Assembly (NCBI GenBank): GCA_963701015.1
Contig: OY969556.1
Location: 650,411-714,410, forward strand
Origin: an uncultured Bacteroidota bacterium
GTDB taxonomy: Bacteria > Bacteroidota > Bacteroidia > Bacteroidales > DTGW01
Direction of reading: 5' to 3'
Length of the DNA stretch: 64,000 bases
A model generated the notes under the pieces. It was given only the letters and a program-made list of their open reading frames with translations. It was not told where the DNA came from and did not search any database. The position numbers were made by a program, and so were the translations under genes. Shown here in pieces: positions 36,426-47,006 of this stretch. Within the stretch, counting starts at the first letter, position 1; every line of letters begins with the position of its first letter.

Positions 36426-37070
36426 GTGCATTGGTTTCATCTAATTGAGATACTCATTAAAGGGTTTGTCCTGGGTTTTGTACTATCAATTCCACTTGGA
36501 CCAATTGGTGTTATTTGTATTCAAAGAACCTTAAGCAAAGGCAGATGGTCAGGATTTATTTCCGGGCTTGGAGCTTCATCTGCCGATACTTTATTGGCGA
36601 TTATTGCCGGAATGGGACTTTCATTTATTATAAATTTCATCAAACTATATTCCGATATTTTCAAATTTTTTGGTGGCATTATAGTTATTATTATTGGCTT
36701 TCAAATATTTTTTAAAAGCCCGGTACGTCAGTTTCGTAATAGTAAGTTAAAGAAAAGCAGTTTGCATACTGATTATTTATCAGTTCTAGCCTTAACATTC
36801 TCAAATCCGCTTGCAATATTTTTATTTATTGCAATTTTTGCCGGTTTAAATATTGTTGATGGTAACCACGATTTATTTTTTAATATCACAATTTTTACCG
36901 GAATTTTTTTGGGTGCATCAACTTGGTGGTTTACACTTACTTCTTTTGTTAATATATATCGTGCAAAGTTTCGGTTGAAGAACCTTTGGTGGTTAAACAA
37001 AATTACCGGAATTCTTATTGCCGTGTTTGGTTTAGCTGCATTAATTAGTATTTTATTCCACAATAAATAG
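36426..37070 (+). CDS. LysE/RhtB-family amino acid exporter
   Basis: Six TM helices and the N-terminal motif GFVLSIPLGPIGVICIQRTL, typical of the LysE family. Confidence 0.85.
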   Translation: MHWFHLIEILIKGFVLGFVLSIPLGPIGVICIQRTLSKGRWSGFISGLGASSADTLLAIIAGMGLSFIINFIKLYSDIFKFFGGIIVIIIGFQIFFKSPVRQFRNSKLKKSSLHTDYLSVLALTFSNPLAIFLFIAIFAGLNIVDGNHDLFFNITIFTGIFLGASTWWFTLTSFVNIYRAKFRLKNLWWLNKITGILIAVFGLAALISILFHNK

Positions 37071-37089
37071 TTTGTAATCTTAAATAAAG

Positions 37090-37743
37090 GTGTCGGTAAA
37101 TTCCATTGAAGTAAGCTTTGTAACAAGCAGTGATAATGTAAAAAATTGCCCGCCAGCCAATTTGCCTGAGTTTGCTTTTATTGGGCGTTCCAACGTCGGC
37201 AAATCATCGTTGATAAATTTGTTGGCTAATAATCATAAATTGGCGAAAACGTCGTCAAGACCAGGAAAAACGCAATTAATAAATCATTTTGTTGTTTCTG
37301 AAATAGTTAAGCTTGCAAATGGTGAAATTATTAAAAATAAAAAGTGGTATCTGGTCGATTTGCCAGGTTACGGATATGCAAAAACATCAAAAATAAACAA
37401 AGCCCATTTCGACGAATTAATAAATAGTTATATAACTTCAAGAGTAAAACTTCATTGTTTATTTGTTTTAATTGATGTTCGTTTGGAACCACAAAAAAAT
37501 GATTTGGAGTTTATCAATATTCTAGGAAATTTGGAAGTGCCATTTGTATTGGTTTTTACTAAAACCGATAAAATTTCGGACAACAAAATACAAAGTAATA
37601 TTCAAAAGTTTAAAAAAACGATGCTTCAGAATTGGGAAGCACTTCCTGAAATTTTTCTAACCTCAAGTATTAATAAAACTGGTGCAAAAAATATTTTAAC
37701 ATTTATTGAAAATTCAATAAAATTGAATGTTGATAAGAAATGA
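37090..37743 (+). CDS. engB: Ribosome-biogenesis GTPase EngB/YihA
   Basis: G1 GRSNVGKSSLIN, G3 DLPGYGYA and G4 TKTDK. Confidence 0.9.
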   Translation: MSVNSIEVSFVTSSDNVKNCPPANLPEFAFIGRSNVGKSSLINLLANNHKLAKTSSRPGKTQLINHFVVSEIVKLANGEIIKNKKWYLVDLPGYGYAKTSKINKAHFDELINSYITSRVKLHCLFVLIDVRLEPQKNDLEFINILGNLEVPFVLVFTKTDKISDNKIQSNIQKFKKTMLQNWEALPEIFLTSSINKTGAKNILTFIENSIKLNVDKK

Positions 37744-37785
37744 AATTTTTGTTGCAGGAATAAATCAACATTTTTTGATATTTTA

Positions 37786-37793
37786 TAAATTTG
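37786..37793 (+). promoter_or_regulatory. Bacteroidota-type -7 promoter box (TAAATTTG)
   Basis: Exact TAnnTTTG match 54 nt upstream of the prs ATG. Confidence 0.45.
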
Positions 37794-37847
37794 CGAGCCG
37801 GAAGTTTATATATTAAAATTTCCAAACTAACTAATTTGTTCTGAACA

Positions 37848-38784
37848 ATGGATCGAAAATCGCCTATTAAATTTTTCTCAGGTACTGCCTCTACTTACTT
37901 AGCTGAAAAAATAGCAAAATGTTATGGTACCGATTTAGGAAGCACATTATTGCTTCGGTTTAGTGATGGCGAGTTTCAACCATCCTATTTGGAATCAGTA
38001 CGTGGATGCACAGTTTTTATTATTCAATCAACTTTTCCGCCGGCTGAAAATTTGCTTGAATTATTATTAATGATAGATGCAGCAAAACGTGCTTCGGCTA
38101 AAAGGGTAGTTGCCGTAATGCCGTATTTTGGGATGGCCAGGCAAGATAGAAAAGACCGTCCACGCTCGGCAATTGGTGCAAAGTTGGTTGCAAATCTTCT
38201 TACTGCATCGGGCGTTGACAGGGTTATGACAATGGATTTACATGCCGATCAGCTACAGGGATTTTTCGATGTCCCGGTTGATCATTTGTATGCATCCTCT
38301 ATTTTTGTACCTTATATTAATTCTTTAAATTTAGATAATCTGGTAGTTGCGGCACCTGACATGGGTGGAAGTAAAAGAGCAAATGCCTATTCGCGCTTTT
38401 TGAAGACTGAAATGGTTATTTGTTACAAATTGCGTAAAAAAGCAAATGTTATTGATGAGTTTAAAGTAATTGGCGATGTACGCGATCGCAACATTATTAT
38501 AGTTGACGATATGATTGATACAGCAGGTACAATTACTGTAGCAGCAAATATGATGATTGAAGAAGGCCCGCAGTGTCAGGGTTGTAGCATCGCACCCGGT
38601 TTTATCTGGCCCGGCTTATGAAAGAATTGAAAACTCTAAGATTACTGAGGTGATGGTTACTGACACAATTCCTTTAAAACAGCAAAGTCCCAAAATTAAA
38701 GTGATTTCAATTGCGGATATTTTCGCCGACACTATTAATAAGGTTTACAACTATCAATCAATCAGTGGTAATTTTATAATTTAA
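37848..38784 (+). pseudogene. prs: Ribose-phosphate pyrophosphokinase (PRPP synthetase), reading frame broken by a +1 shift near 38565-38570
   Basis: ORF 37848..38621 carries the Prs motifs DLHADQLQGFFDVPVDHL and IVDDMIDTAGT, then turns to junk (PQCQGCSIAPGFIWPGL*). The +1 frame from 38557 continues with a typical Prs C-terminus (ARSVRVVASHPVLSGPAYERIENS..TDTIPL). Confidence 0.85.
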
Positions 38785-38788
38785 ATAC

Positions 38789-38796
38789 TATATTTG
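38789..38796 (+). promoter_or_regulatory. Bacteroidota-type -7 promoter box (TATATTTG)
   Basis: Exact TAnnTTTG match 103 nt upstream of rplY, which implies a long leader. Confidence 0.4.
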
Positions 38797-38899
38797 CAAT
38801 CCCTGTTTTTGAGCGCCATTTGGCATTCGTGTAATGGGGAATTAACAGAAATACAGTTAATTATAGTTAATTCTGAGTAGCACAATTAAATTATTTTAA

Positions 38900-39532
38900 A
38901 TGAAAAGTATTGAAATTAGTGGCCAGGTTAGAAAAGATCTTGGCAAAAAAGCTTCTGAAGCTTTACGAAAAAATGATGATGTTCCCTGTGTAATTTATGG
39001 TGGTAAAGAAAATGTGAATTTTTTTGCGCCTACCGTATCTTTTAAACATTTAGTTTACACTCCAAATGTTTACATAGTAAAATTAAATATTGATGGGAAA
39101 GTGTATTCTTCAATAATGAAGGAAATCCAGTTTCATCCTGTTAGTGATAAAATTCTTCATATTGATTTTACTGAAATTGCTGAAGATAAACCCATTGTAA
39201 TGAACATACCTGTTCGTGTTATAGGTGCTTCAATAGGTGTTAAAAAAGGTGGAAAATTAAGCTTGGCTAAGCGATATCTAAGAGCCAAAGGGTTACCGTC
39301 AGTTTTACCAGATATTTTGGAAGTAAATGTTGAAAATGTGGATGTTGGACAAAGTATTAAAGTAGGTGAACTAAACTACAAGAATGTAATTTTGTTGAAT
39401 GGAAGCCGTGAACCTGTTGTTAGTGTGCTTACATCAAGGGTAACTGCAAAAGGTGAAGCTGAAGGTACTGCTGCTGCAACTCCTGCTGAAGGTGCTGCTG
39501 CTCCTGCTGCTGCCCCTGTTGCTAAAAAATAA
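38900..39532 (+). CDS. rplY: 50S ribosomal protein L25 / general stress protein Ctc
   Basis: L25/Ctc two-domain pattern (R...GK..A..LR....VP.V.YG) with an Ala/Pro-rich C-terminal tail. Confidence 0.9.
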   Translation: MKSIEISGQVRKDLGKKASEALRKNDDVPCVIYGGKENVNFFAPTVSFKHLVYTPNVYIVKLNIDGKVYSSIMKEIQFHPVSDKILHIDFTEIAEDKPIVMNIPVRVIGASIGVKKGGKLSLAKRYLRAKGLPSVLPDILEVNVENVDVGQSIKVGELNYKNVILLNGSREPVVSVLTSRVTAKGEAEGTAAATPAEGAAAPAAAPVAKK

Positions 39533-39540
39533 AAATTGAA

Positions 39541-40104
39541 GTGAAATATTTAATTGTTGGTTTAGGTAATATTGGCGACGAATATGCCCATACCCGACAT
39601 AATATAGGTTTTGATATATTGGATGCTTTTGCTAAGGCATCCAATGTTTTTTTTAAAGATAGCCGTTATGCTTTTTCAGCTGAAGTAAAACATAAAGGAC
39701 GAACACTCATTCTTATTAAGCCAACAACTTATGTGAATTTAAGCGGAAATGCTGTTCGCTATTGGCTTCAGAAAGAAAAAATTGAAGTTGAAAATTTATT
39801 GGTTGTACTTGACGATTTAGCTTTGCCTTTTGGAACCCTTCGTTTAAGGGCAAAAGGTAGTGATGGTGGACATAATGGCTTGAAAAACATAAATGAAATA
39901 TTGGGTAGAAATGATTATGCCCGTTTAAGATTTGGTATAGGCGATAATTTTAAACTTGGACGTCAGGTTGATTATGTTTTGGGAAAATGGAATGATGATG
40001 AATTAAAATTGATTTCTGAAAAATTTTCTATCTCTTTGGATATAATTAATGACTTTGCTACAATAGGCATAGACAGAACTATGACTTTATATAATAACAA
40101 ATAA
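39541..40104 (+). CDS. pth: Peptidyl-tRNA hydrolase
   Basis: LIVGLGNIGDEYAHTRHNIGF and GHNGLKN motifs, with a GTG start. Confidence 0.92.
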   Translation: MKYLIVGLGNIGDEYAHTRHNIGFDILDAFAKASNVFFKDSRYAFSAEVKHKGRTLILIKPTTYVNLSGNAVRYWLQKEKIEVENLLVVLDDLALPFGTLRLRAKGSDGGHNGLKNINEILGRNDYARLRFGIGDNFKLGRQVDYVLGKWNDDELKLISEKFSISLDIINDFATIGIDRTMTLYNNK

Positions 40105-40111
40105 ATTACGG

Positions 40112-40777
40112 TTATTTAACTGTACCATTTATATTCCATTCGTGCATAAATTGAGCTAAAAAGCATTCCATATAATGATGTCTTTCAATAGCTAAATGCT
40201 TTGCAGTCTCAGTATTCATGCTTTCTTTTAAATGTAATAATTTTTCGTGAAAATGATTTATTGATGTACTTTGGTTCTTTTTATATTCTTCAAAACTGTT
40301 ATGTTTAACCGGCGGAATATCCGGGTTATATATTTCACGATGATTTGCCCCGCCATAAGCAAAAGCACGTGTTATACCAATCGCGCCTATAGCATCCAGC
40401 CTGTCAGCATCCTGTACAACCTTTGCTTCTAATGAATTTGCAGGAGTCTCAACTCCAGCACCTTTAAATGAAACTGTTTCAATTACACTACATATTTTTT
40501 TTATATAATCATTGTTTAAGTCCTGCGATTTAAGCCAGTCTTTTACAACAACTATTCCTGAATCGGTATCTCCATTGTTAAATTTCCAATCAGCAATATC
40601 ATGCAACAATGCAGCAAGTTGAACTATAAAGTGATCTGCACCTTCGTGAAAAGCAAGGTAAAGCGCCATTTTCCAAACTCTATATATATGCCACCAATCA
40701 TGTCCGCTAAAATCGTCGTCAAATCTTTTTTTTACAAATTTGATTGTATTGGCAATTATAATTTCATTTGGATGCAC
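40112..40777 (-). CDS. HD-domain phosphohydrolase (YedJ-like)
   Basis: H...HD metal-binding pattern (WHIYRV..., LLHDIADWKF, DADRLDAIGA). Confidence 0.85.
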   Translation of the reverse strand: MHPNEIIIANTIKFVKKRFDDDFSGHDWWHIYRVWKMALYLAFHEGADHFIVQLAALLHDIADWKFNNGDTDSGIVVVKDWLKSQDLNNDYIKKICSVIETVSFKGAGVETPANSLEAKVVQDADRLDAIGAIGITRAFAYGGANHREIYNPDIPPVKHNSFEEYKKNQSTSINHFHEKLLHLKESMNTETAKHLAIERHHYMECFLAQFMHEWNINGTVK

Positions 40778-40780
40778 GCC

Positions 40781-41686
40781 TTATTGAGTTTTATCTTTTA
40801 TAAAGTTAAGGATTTCTATTTTATCTGCCGGATTAAACCATTCAATTTCATTATCTCTTGAAAACCATGTTAATTGACGCTTAGCATAATTTCTGGTATT
40901 TTGTTTTATTAATTCAGTTGCTTTTGTTAACGATATTTCATTATTAAAACACGAGAAAAGCTCTTTATAACCTACTGTATTTAAAGCATTTAAATTTTTA
41001 AAAGGTAACAAATGTTCAGCTTCTTTTAATAATCCGTTTGCTATCATTGAATCAACCCTTTTATTGATTTGGTCATATAACAATTGTCTTTCAATATTCA
41101 AACCTATTTTAATTATATTGAAATTTCTTTCTTTTTTAGTTTTGGTCAGTAGCATTGAATATGGCATACCAGTCATATAATATATTTCCAAGGCTTTTAA
41201 AATACGTTTTGGGTTTTGAATATCAGCAGTTTTACAATATTCGGGGTCGATTCGTAATAATTCTGTTCTCAGTGATTCAATTCCTTCATTATTTAGTCTT
41301 TCAGTTATATTTTTTCTAACTTCAGGTTCAATTGTAGGTAAATCGTCAATCCCATGGCAAACAGCATTTACATATAACCCCGATCCTCCAACCATTATAG
41401 CGTTATTATTCGTGTTAAAAATTTCATTTATAACATTTAATGCAGCAATTTCAAACATACTTGCATTATAATACTCGGTAATTGAGTGCGAAGCTATAAA
41501 ATAATGTTTTACCATTGAAAGTTGTTTATCACTTGGTCGGGCTGTGCCGATCTTCATTTCACGGTATATTTGTCGCGAGTCTGACGAAATAATTTCAGTA
41601 TTCAATTGTTGTGCTAACTCAATTGCTATACCCGTTTTACCAATGGCAGTGGGGCCGACAATTACTATTAAGCTTTTATCTTTCAT
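40781..41686 (-). CDS. miaA: tRNA dimethylallyltransferase
   Basis: P-loop GPTAIGKTG and SSDSRQIYREMKIGTA. Confidence 0.92.
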   Translation of the reverse strand: MKDKSLIVIVGPTAIGKTGIAIELAQQLNTEIISSDSRQIYREMKIGTARPSDKQLSMVKHYFIASHSITEYYNASMFEIAALNVINEIFNTNNNAIMVGGSGLYVNAVCHGIDDLPTIEPEVRKNITERLNNEGIESLRTELLRIDPEYCKTADIQNPKRILKALEIYYMTGMPYSMLLTKTKKERNFNIIKIGLNIERQLLYDQINKRVDSMIANGLLKEAEHLLPFKNLNALNTVGYKELFSCFNNEISLTKATELIKQNTRNYAKRQLTWFSRDNEIEWFNPADKIEILNFIKDKTQ

Positions 41687-42686
41687 TGATGAAATTTATA
41701 AAGTCATTTGTTGGTATTAGCAATTGATTCGCTGAATTACCAAAAGCATTTTCTTTATTATGGCTGGGTGAAGATATATATATATAGCTTATTTTTTCAT
41801 TTTGTTGAAGTTCTTGTCTTATTTCATTAATATTTGCATAATTTTCATAAAACACAACACCGGTTGGGGAAATAAAATTCTTGTCGTCTTTTAATAGAAT
41901 AAAACCATTGTCAAAATGTTTAATCAGGTTGAAAAGATATAAAGATTGATTGTATTGGTAATTATTAGCCCAACTGGTATTTTCCATTATTTTATTCCAT
42001 GGTTCTATAGCCTGAAAAAGTTTTTCAAAGTTATAATCATTGGGAACATATAATTTCCGAACATTACCCGCACCTTGTCCAAAAAAGTTAAATATATCGG
42101 TTCCAAGCAATTGCAATTCTTCCCTAGTTTCCATTCCACTTAATAGGGCAACTGCTTTTCCTTTTGCCAAATAAATAGATTCCTTATTTTTAAAATATTC
42201 GGTCAATATAGAATTATTGGTATCTTTTGAGATTATAAAAGAATCAACATTTTTAAACGGATTGCTGTTAAACTCAATATTTTTAGTAAATTCTGAAATT
42301 TGCCTAACTAATTCAGCAAATAACAATTGAATAATCTTATCAGATTTTTCAGTTGTTTTGTAAACAAATGAATTTCCAGTTACTACTATGTAAAGTAAAT
42401 TGGTAAATTCTTCCAATGGAATAGTTTCATTTGCAATAAATCCATATTTTACGTGGGTTATATTAGATTTATTAAAGCTTTGAATAAAAATATTTTGAAA
42501 ATATTCAGATTGTATAAAGCGTATAATTGATGAAAGTCTTAATTTTATTGTATCTTCCGTAAACCAATGATTATAGTTTCTTGCCTGATTTATAACTAAA
42601 TTTAATTCATATGAAAAGTTAGTATTCGATTTTCCTTCAATTGAAGGGCTTATTTCATCAACATATTTTAATATTTTATCAATCAA
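41676..42686 (-). CDS. Hypothetical protein, possibly LuxC-like acyl-CoA reductase family
   Basis: The size, and the FFGQGAGNVRKLYVP segment, resemble the small acyl-CoA-reductase-like proteins common in Bacteroidota. This is recollection only. Confidence 0.4.
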   Translation of the reverse strand: MIDKILKYVDEISPSIEGKSNTNFSYELNLVINQARNYNHWFTEDTIKLRLSSIIRFIQSEYFQNIFIQSFNKSNITHVKYGFIANETIPLEEFTNLLYIVVTGNSFVYKTTEKSDKIIQLLFAELVRQISEFTKNIEFNSNPFKNVDSFIISKDTNNSILTEYFKNKESIYLAKGKAVALLSGMETREELQLLGTDIFNFFGQGAGNVRKLYVPNDYNFEKLFQAIEPWNKIMENTSWANNYQYNQSLYLFNLIKHFDNGFILLKDDKNFISPTGVVFYENYANINEIRQELQQNEKISYIYISSPSHNKENAFGNSANQLLIPTNDFINFINER

Positions 42687-42723
42687 TTTAGAGAATTATA
42701 AAAATAGATTTGTTTTTAAGATT

Positions 42724-42731
42724 CAAATATA
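42724..42731 (-). promoter_or_regulatory. Bacteroidota-type -7 promoter box (TATATTTG on the minus strand)
   Basis: Exact match 38 nt upstream of the ATG at 42686. Confidence 0.4.
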
Positions 42732-42767
42732 ATATAATTAAAAAGTCTAATGTTTATAAATAACTTT

Positions 42768-43520
42768 TTAAAATTCATTGTTCATAAAGCCTTGTTTTTT
42801 CAATATATTTAAAAAGCTTAGTGAAAAACTAACATTGTCCTTTTTGGTATAACGTATATCTGTAAATATTTGGGCAAGTGTTTCTTTATTATTTGTTTTT
42901 AATAATTCCTGATGAAATGGAAGTTGTTCTTTTTCATAATATAATTTATCAATGTCCTGATCGGTATAATCCTGATATTTATTGTAATGTACAACAGCAT
43001 TAAGCGGCAAACGGTCAGTTAATCCCGGATTTTCATCGGGATAACCTATAACAATTGCTGTAATTGGTATTACTCCAATTGGCATTTCAAGAATTTCAAT
43101 AATTTTTTCTGCATTGTAGGTTGTTGTTCCCAAATAACAAATTCCTAAACCTTTTTCTTCAGCAGCAAGTGCAACATTTTGGGCAGCTAATAATGCATCA
43201 ATAGCAGCTGTAGTAAAGGATAAAAAATTATCATAACCTGGTTCTGCCTTTCGTTGTTTACACCATTTTGTAAAACGATTAAAATCAGCGCAAAAAGTAA
43301 TAATTACAGGCGCTTTTTTTACCATATTTTGTTTAAAATGGCATTCCCAAAGTTTATCTTTAATAGATTCGTCGAGAGTAACAATAATGCTATAAACCTG
43401 CATATTACCTGTATTTGAAGCACGAGTTCCTGCTATTAGAATTTCATCTAAAATTTCATTGGCAATTGGCGTAGATTTGAATTTTCGAATGCTTCGGTGA
43501 TTTAATATAGTGTGCATCAT
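42768..43520 (-). CDS. NfsA/Frp-like NADPH nitroreductase-family oxidoreductase
   Basis: N-terminal HRSIRKF motif, 250 aa, nitroreductase fold pattern. Confidence 0.85.
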   Translation of the reverse strand: MMHTILNHRSIRKFKSTPIANEILDEILIAGTRASNTGNMQVYSIIVTLDESIKDKLWECHFKQNMVKKAPVIITFCADFNRFTKWCKQRKAEPGYDNFLSFTTAAIDALLAAQNVALAAEEKGLGICYLGTTTYNAEKIIEILEMPIGVIPITAIVIGYPDENPGLTDRLPLNAVVHYNKYQDYTDQDIDKLYYEKEQLPFHQELLKTNNKETLAQIFTDIRYTKKDNVSFSLSFLNILKKQGFMNNEF

Positions 43521-43523
43521 GGT

Positions 43524-44483
43524 TTATAAAATTTGATATTCAGTAATATTCTGAAAACCTCTTAAAAATTCTTCAATATTAAGTCGTTTTTTGCCTTCTA
43601 TTTGAAGGGAATGAATTGAAATATAACCATCAATTACAGCTATTTTCAGGAATTTTTTATAATCGGTTTCAATCTTTTTTGGCATAATATTATGCTTAGC
43701 AACAATAAATTCCGATTCAAATATTTTGAGTATAAATTGTTGTTTATTATTAAATAGTGTTGTAAAAGCAGCAGGATAAGGACTTAAGCCCCTTATAAGA
43801 TTATAGATTTTATTTCCACTATTATTCCAGTCAATTTTACAGTCGTCTTTGAAAATTTTAGGAGCTAGTTTAATTTCAACAGATTTATCAATTATTTTTG
43901 ATTGTTGAACAGGATGAATATTTCCATTTTCAATAGCAATAGCAGTTTTATAAGCTAAATTGGCGCCTATTTCCATTAGTTTATCATGAATTGTTCCGGC
44001 ATTATCTTTTACATCTATTTTAATTTTTTCAGAGAATATTATATTACCGGTATCAATATCTTTTTCAATAAAAAAAGTAGTAACACCGGTTTCAATTTCA
44101 CCATTTATAACTGCCCAATTTATTGGTGCAGCACCTCTATACTGAGGTAATAGCGAAGCATGTAAATTTATTGTTCCGAATTTGGGCATTTTCCATATAA
44201 TCTCGGGCAACATACGGAAAGCAACAACTATAAATAAATCAGCGTTATATGATTTTAATTTTTCAACAAACGATTCATCCTTTAACTTTTCGGGCTGAAG
44301 TACAGGTAAATTATTATCTAATGCAAATTGTTTAATAGCCGAAAAATTTATTTTTTGACCCCGACCCGAAGGTTTATCTGGAACTGTAACCACCGCAGCA
44401 ATATCAATCCCATTTGAATATAGTTTATGCAATGATGCTACAGCAAATTCCGGGGTACCCATGAAAACAATCCGCAATGCCAT
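43524..44483 (-). CDS. fmt: Methionyl-tRNA formyltransferase
   Basis: RIVFMGTPEFAV and HASLLPQYRGAAPINWA motifs. Confidence 0.92.
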   Translation of the reverse strand: MALRIVFMGTPEFAVASLHKLYSNGIDIAAVVTVPDKPSGRGQKINFSAIKQFALDNNLPVLQPEKLKDESFVEKLKSYNADLFIVVAFRMLPEIIWKMPKFGTINLHASLLPQYRGAAPINWAVINGEIETGVTTFFIEKDIDTGNIIFSEKIKIDVKDNAGTIHDKLMEIGANLAYKTAIAIENGNIHPVQQSKIIDKSVEIKLAPKIFKDDCKIDWNNSGNKIYNLIRGLSPYPAAFTTLFNNKQQFILKIFESEFIVAKHNIMPKKIETDYKKFLKIAVIDGYISIHSLQIEGKKRLNIEEFLRGFQNITEYQIL

Positions 44484-44494
44484 TTTTTTGCGAA

Positions 44495-45739
44495 TTATAG
44501 ATTAAGTTTTTTATAAGTTGCAATATTCAAAAAATGGCCCATTTTATCTCTTTTAGTTTCAAGATAAAATTGGTTGTGCGGATTAGGTTGAACTTCAATT
44601 GGCACATTTTCAATAACTTCCAATCCATATCCTTCCAGCCCTTTTCGTTTAACCGGATTATTAGTAATTAACCTTAATTTTCCTAAACCCAACTCGCGTA
44701 AAATATTTGCACCAACGCCATAATCGCGTTCATCTTCTTTAAAACCAAGAATTAAATTTGCCTGTACTGTGTCCAGGCCTTCTTCCTGTAACTTATAAGC
44801 CTTAATTTTATTGAATAGCCCAATGCCTCGTCCTTCCTGAATTAGATAAAGTACGACACCTTTACCATTTTTTTCAATCATCTTTAATGCATTATGCAAT
44901 TGATCGCCACAATCACAGCGGAGTGAACCAAAAATATCACCTGTTATACACGAAGAATGAACACGAACCAACACAGGTTCATCATTTTTCCATTCACCTT
45001 TAATAATCGCTATGTGTTCTGCACCATTTGATTTTTGAATAAATGGAATAATATCGAAGTTACCATATATACTTGGCAATTTAACACGCTCACCTTTAAT
45101 AATTAAACTTTCCGTTTTAAGTCGGTAGGCGATTAAATCTTTTATAGTGATAATTTTCAGGTTAAATTTTTGTGCAATTCTGGCTAGTTCAGGCAATCTG
45201 GCCATTGAACCGTCTTCATTTAAAATTTCAACCAAAACTCCGCCTGGTTTTAAACCTGCAAGAATTGATAAATCTAGTGCTGCCTCTGTATGGCCAGGTC
45301 TGCGAAGTACCCCTTTACTTTTAGCCCTTAGAGGGAAAATATGTCCAGGCCGGCCTAAGTCCTGTGGTTTAGTATCGCAATCGACCAAAGACCTTAAGGT
45401 CATTGACCTATCGTAAGCTGAAATTCCAGTTGTACATCCTTTCCCTATTAAATCAACAGAAATTGTAAAAGCAGTGTTATACACCGCTGTACTATTGGTT
45501 ACCATTAAATTGAGTTCCAATTCATCACAACGGTCTTCAGAAATTGGTGCGCAAATTAGGCCACGACCATGAGTAGCCATAAAGTTAACAATTTCAGGAG
45601 TTACTAATTCTGCTGCACATATAAAATCACCTTCGTTTTCACGATCTTCATCATCAACTACAATTACAACTTTTCCATTTTTAATATCTTCAACGGCTTC
45701 TTCAATTGTGTTGAGTTTTATTTCTTTTTTATTCGACAT
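44495..45739 (-). CDS. ribBA: Bifunctional 3,4-dihydroxy-2-butanone-4-phosphate synthase / GTP cyclohydrolase II
   Basis: [11 protein letters not shown] (DHBPS) and the CDCG zinc motif plus RGIG (GCHII). Confidence 0.93.
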   Translation of the reverse strand: MSNKKEIKLNTIEEAVEDIKNGKVVIVVDDEDRENEGDFICAAELVTPEIVNFMATHGRGLICAPISEDRCDELELNLMVTNSTAVYNTAFTISVDLIGKGCTTGISAYDRSMTLRSLVDCDTKPQDLGRPGHIFPLRAKSKGVLRRPGHTEAALDLSILAGLKPGGVLVEILNEDGSMARLPELARIAQKFNLKIITIKDLIAYRLKTESLIIKGERVKLPSIYGNFDIIPFIQKSNGAEHIAIIKGEWKNDEPVLVRVHSSCITGDIFGSLRCDCGDQLHNALKMIEKNGKGVVLYLIQEGRGIGLFNKIKAYKLQEEGLDTVQANLILGFKEDERDYGVGANILRELGLGKLRLITNNPVKRKGLEGYGLEVIENVPIEVQPNPHNQFYLETKRDKMGHFLNIATYKKLNL

Positions 45740-45764
45740 TAGCTGTATTTCTATAATTCGGGCG

Positions 45765-45772
45765 CAAAGTTA
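45765..45772 (-). promoter_or_regulatory. Bacteroidota-type -7 promoter box (TAACTTTG on the minus strand)
   Basis: Exact match 26 nt upstream of the ribBA ATG. Confidence 0.45.
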
Positions 45773-45827
45773 CAAAATATGAATCAAATGAATTTACCAA
45801 AGTATTTGTATTCTAATTTGGTTTGTG

Positions 45828-47006
45828 CTATCTGGATTTTTCCCAGTTTACGGATTGATTGCCTTTTAAAAACCTGAAAAAACCTAGAATTATTGAATAA
45901 TTCATAACAAAAAGATAGTATGGAATAAAAAACAAACGTAAACGAGTTTTCATATAACTGAATTTATAACCCAGATATACAAATAAATAGAATAAAACCT
46001 GAAGGATAAGTAAATTTTTATATAAAACCATCATTGAAAATAAAGCCAAATAAACATTAATTGGTAACAAAATAAACATTCCGAAAGGAACAAATGTCCA
46101 TCGCAAAACTTTATGTGACCAATATTGCAATGAGAGAAACCCATGTTTTAAAGGGTTTAAGAGAGAGCTTATCCATGGTAATGTTTGAAAGCTTCCGGCT
46201 GCAATCCTGATTTTTCTTTTCATTTCATCATGAATATTTGCCGAACTATGTTCTTCGGCAATTGCCAATGGAGCGTATTTTATAAGGTAACCTTTTTCTG
46301 CAATTCGCATTGAAATAACAAAATCATCGAGAATAGCATTAGCTTCAACTCTTGAGTATAGTGAGGTACGAATTGCAATTAATTCCCCAACTGCTCCAAT
46401 GGTAGAATTAACGTCCGATTCAAGTTTCTTAAGCATCGACTCATATAACCAGTAAAATCCTTCTCCCGAACCCACCGCATTATCGGTTTCATGTTTAATT
46501 ATTTTTTTTTCTCCTGCAACACAGCCGACTTTTTCATTTACAAAATGCTTAACAATTTCTTTAACAGTTTCTTTTGAAAGAAAATTATTTGCATCGCAAA
46601 ATATTACAATACCTGTTTTAATAAAATCCATGCCTCGGTTAATCGCCCCAATTTTACCTTGTCGTTCATTTTGATGAATCACTGTCATATCAGGGTAGGA
46701 GAGAAGTAGTTTTTGCGAATTATCAGTAGATCCATCAGTTATCCAAAGAAATTTAATTTTTTCTTTTGGATAGTCAAGTTTTTGAAGATTTTCAATTTTC
46801 CCGGGAATAAATTTCGATTCGTTATATGCTGCTATTACAATTGAAACTTCGGGTTCAAAAAACTCATCGGATATTTTATTATTTAGTTTGGGCAAAAACA
46901 ATTTAATAATTTTCAATACAACTAAAAGTAAGGCATAACCAATATAAGAATAGAAAATTATAATGAATATAACCCAAAATAATATTTTAAGAACAGTTAC
47001 ATCCAT
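45828..47006 (-). CDS. Family 2 glycosyltransferase with C-terminal TM helices
   Basis: VSIVIAAYNE, DGSTD and DAN motifs, with N- and C-terminal TM segments. Confidence 0.85.
   Translation of the reverse strand: MDVTVLKILFWVIFIIIFYSYIGYALLLVVLKIIKLFLPKLNNKISDEFFEPEVSIVIAAYNESKFIPGKIENLQKLDYPKEKIKFLWITDGSTDNSQKLLLSYPDMTVIHQNERQGKIGAINRGMDFIKTGIVIFCDANNFLSKETVKEIVKHFVNEKVGCVAGEKKIIKHETDNAVGSGEGFYWLYESMLKKLESDVNSTIGAVGELIAIRTSLYSRVEANAILDDFVISMRIAEKGYLIKYAPLAIAEEHSSANIHDEMKRKIRIAAGSFQTLPWISSLLNPLKHGFLSLQYWSHKVLRWTFVPFGMFILLPINVYLALFSMMVLYKNLLILQVLFYLFVYLGYKFSYMKTRLRLFFIPYYLFVMNYSIILGFFRFLKGNQSVNWEKSR

Noticed and set aside
36219-36440. A 73-aa minus-strand ORF in the spacer between the HNH-like gene and lysE.
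   Set aside because: It sits in very AT-rich sequence, its product is Lys/Asn/Ile-rich, and it overlaps the lysE -7 box and start. It is most likely non-coding promoter DNA.
38557-38784. A 75-aa ORF with a TTG start, considered as an independent small gene.
   Set aside because: Its sequence is simply the C-terminal part of PRPP synthetase in the +1 frame. I treat it as part of the disrupted prs, not as a separate gene.
38797-38899. The long rplY leader as an r-protein autoregulatory RNA.
   Set aside because: Only a 3-bp GCC/GGC hairpin and a 7-nt direct repeat (GTTAATT) are visible. That is too little structure to support a claim without comparative data.
45740-45827. An FMN riboswitch upstream of ribBA.
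   Set aside because: The spacer is only 88 nt and a -7 box sits 26 nt from the ATG. None of the conserved RFN-element segments is visible.
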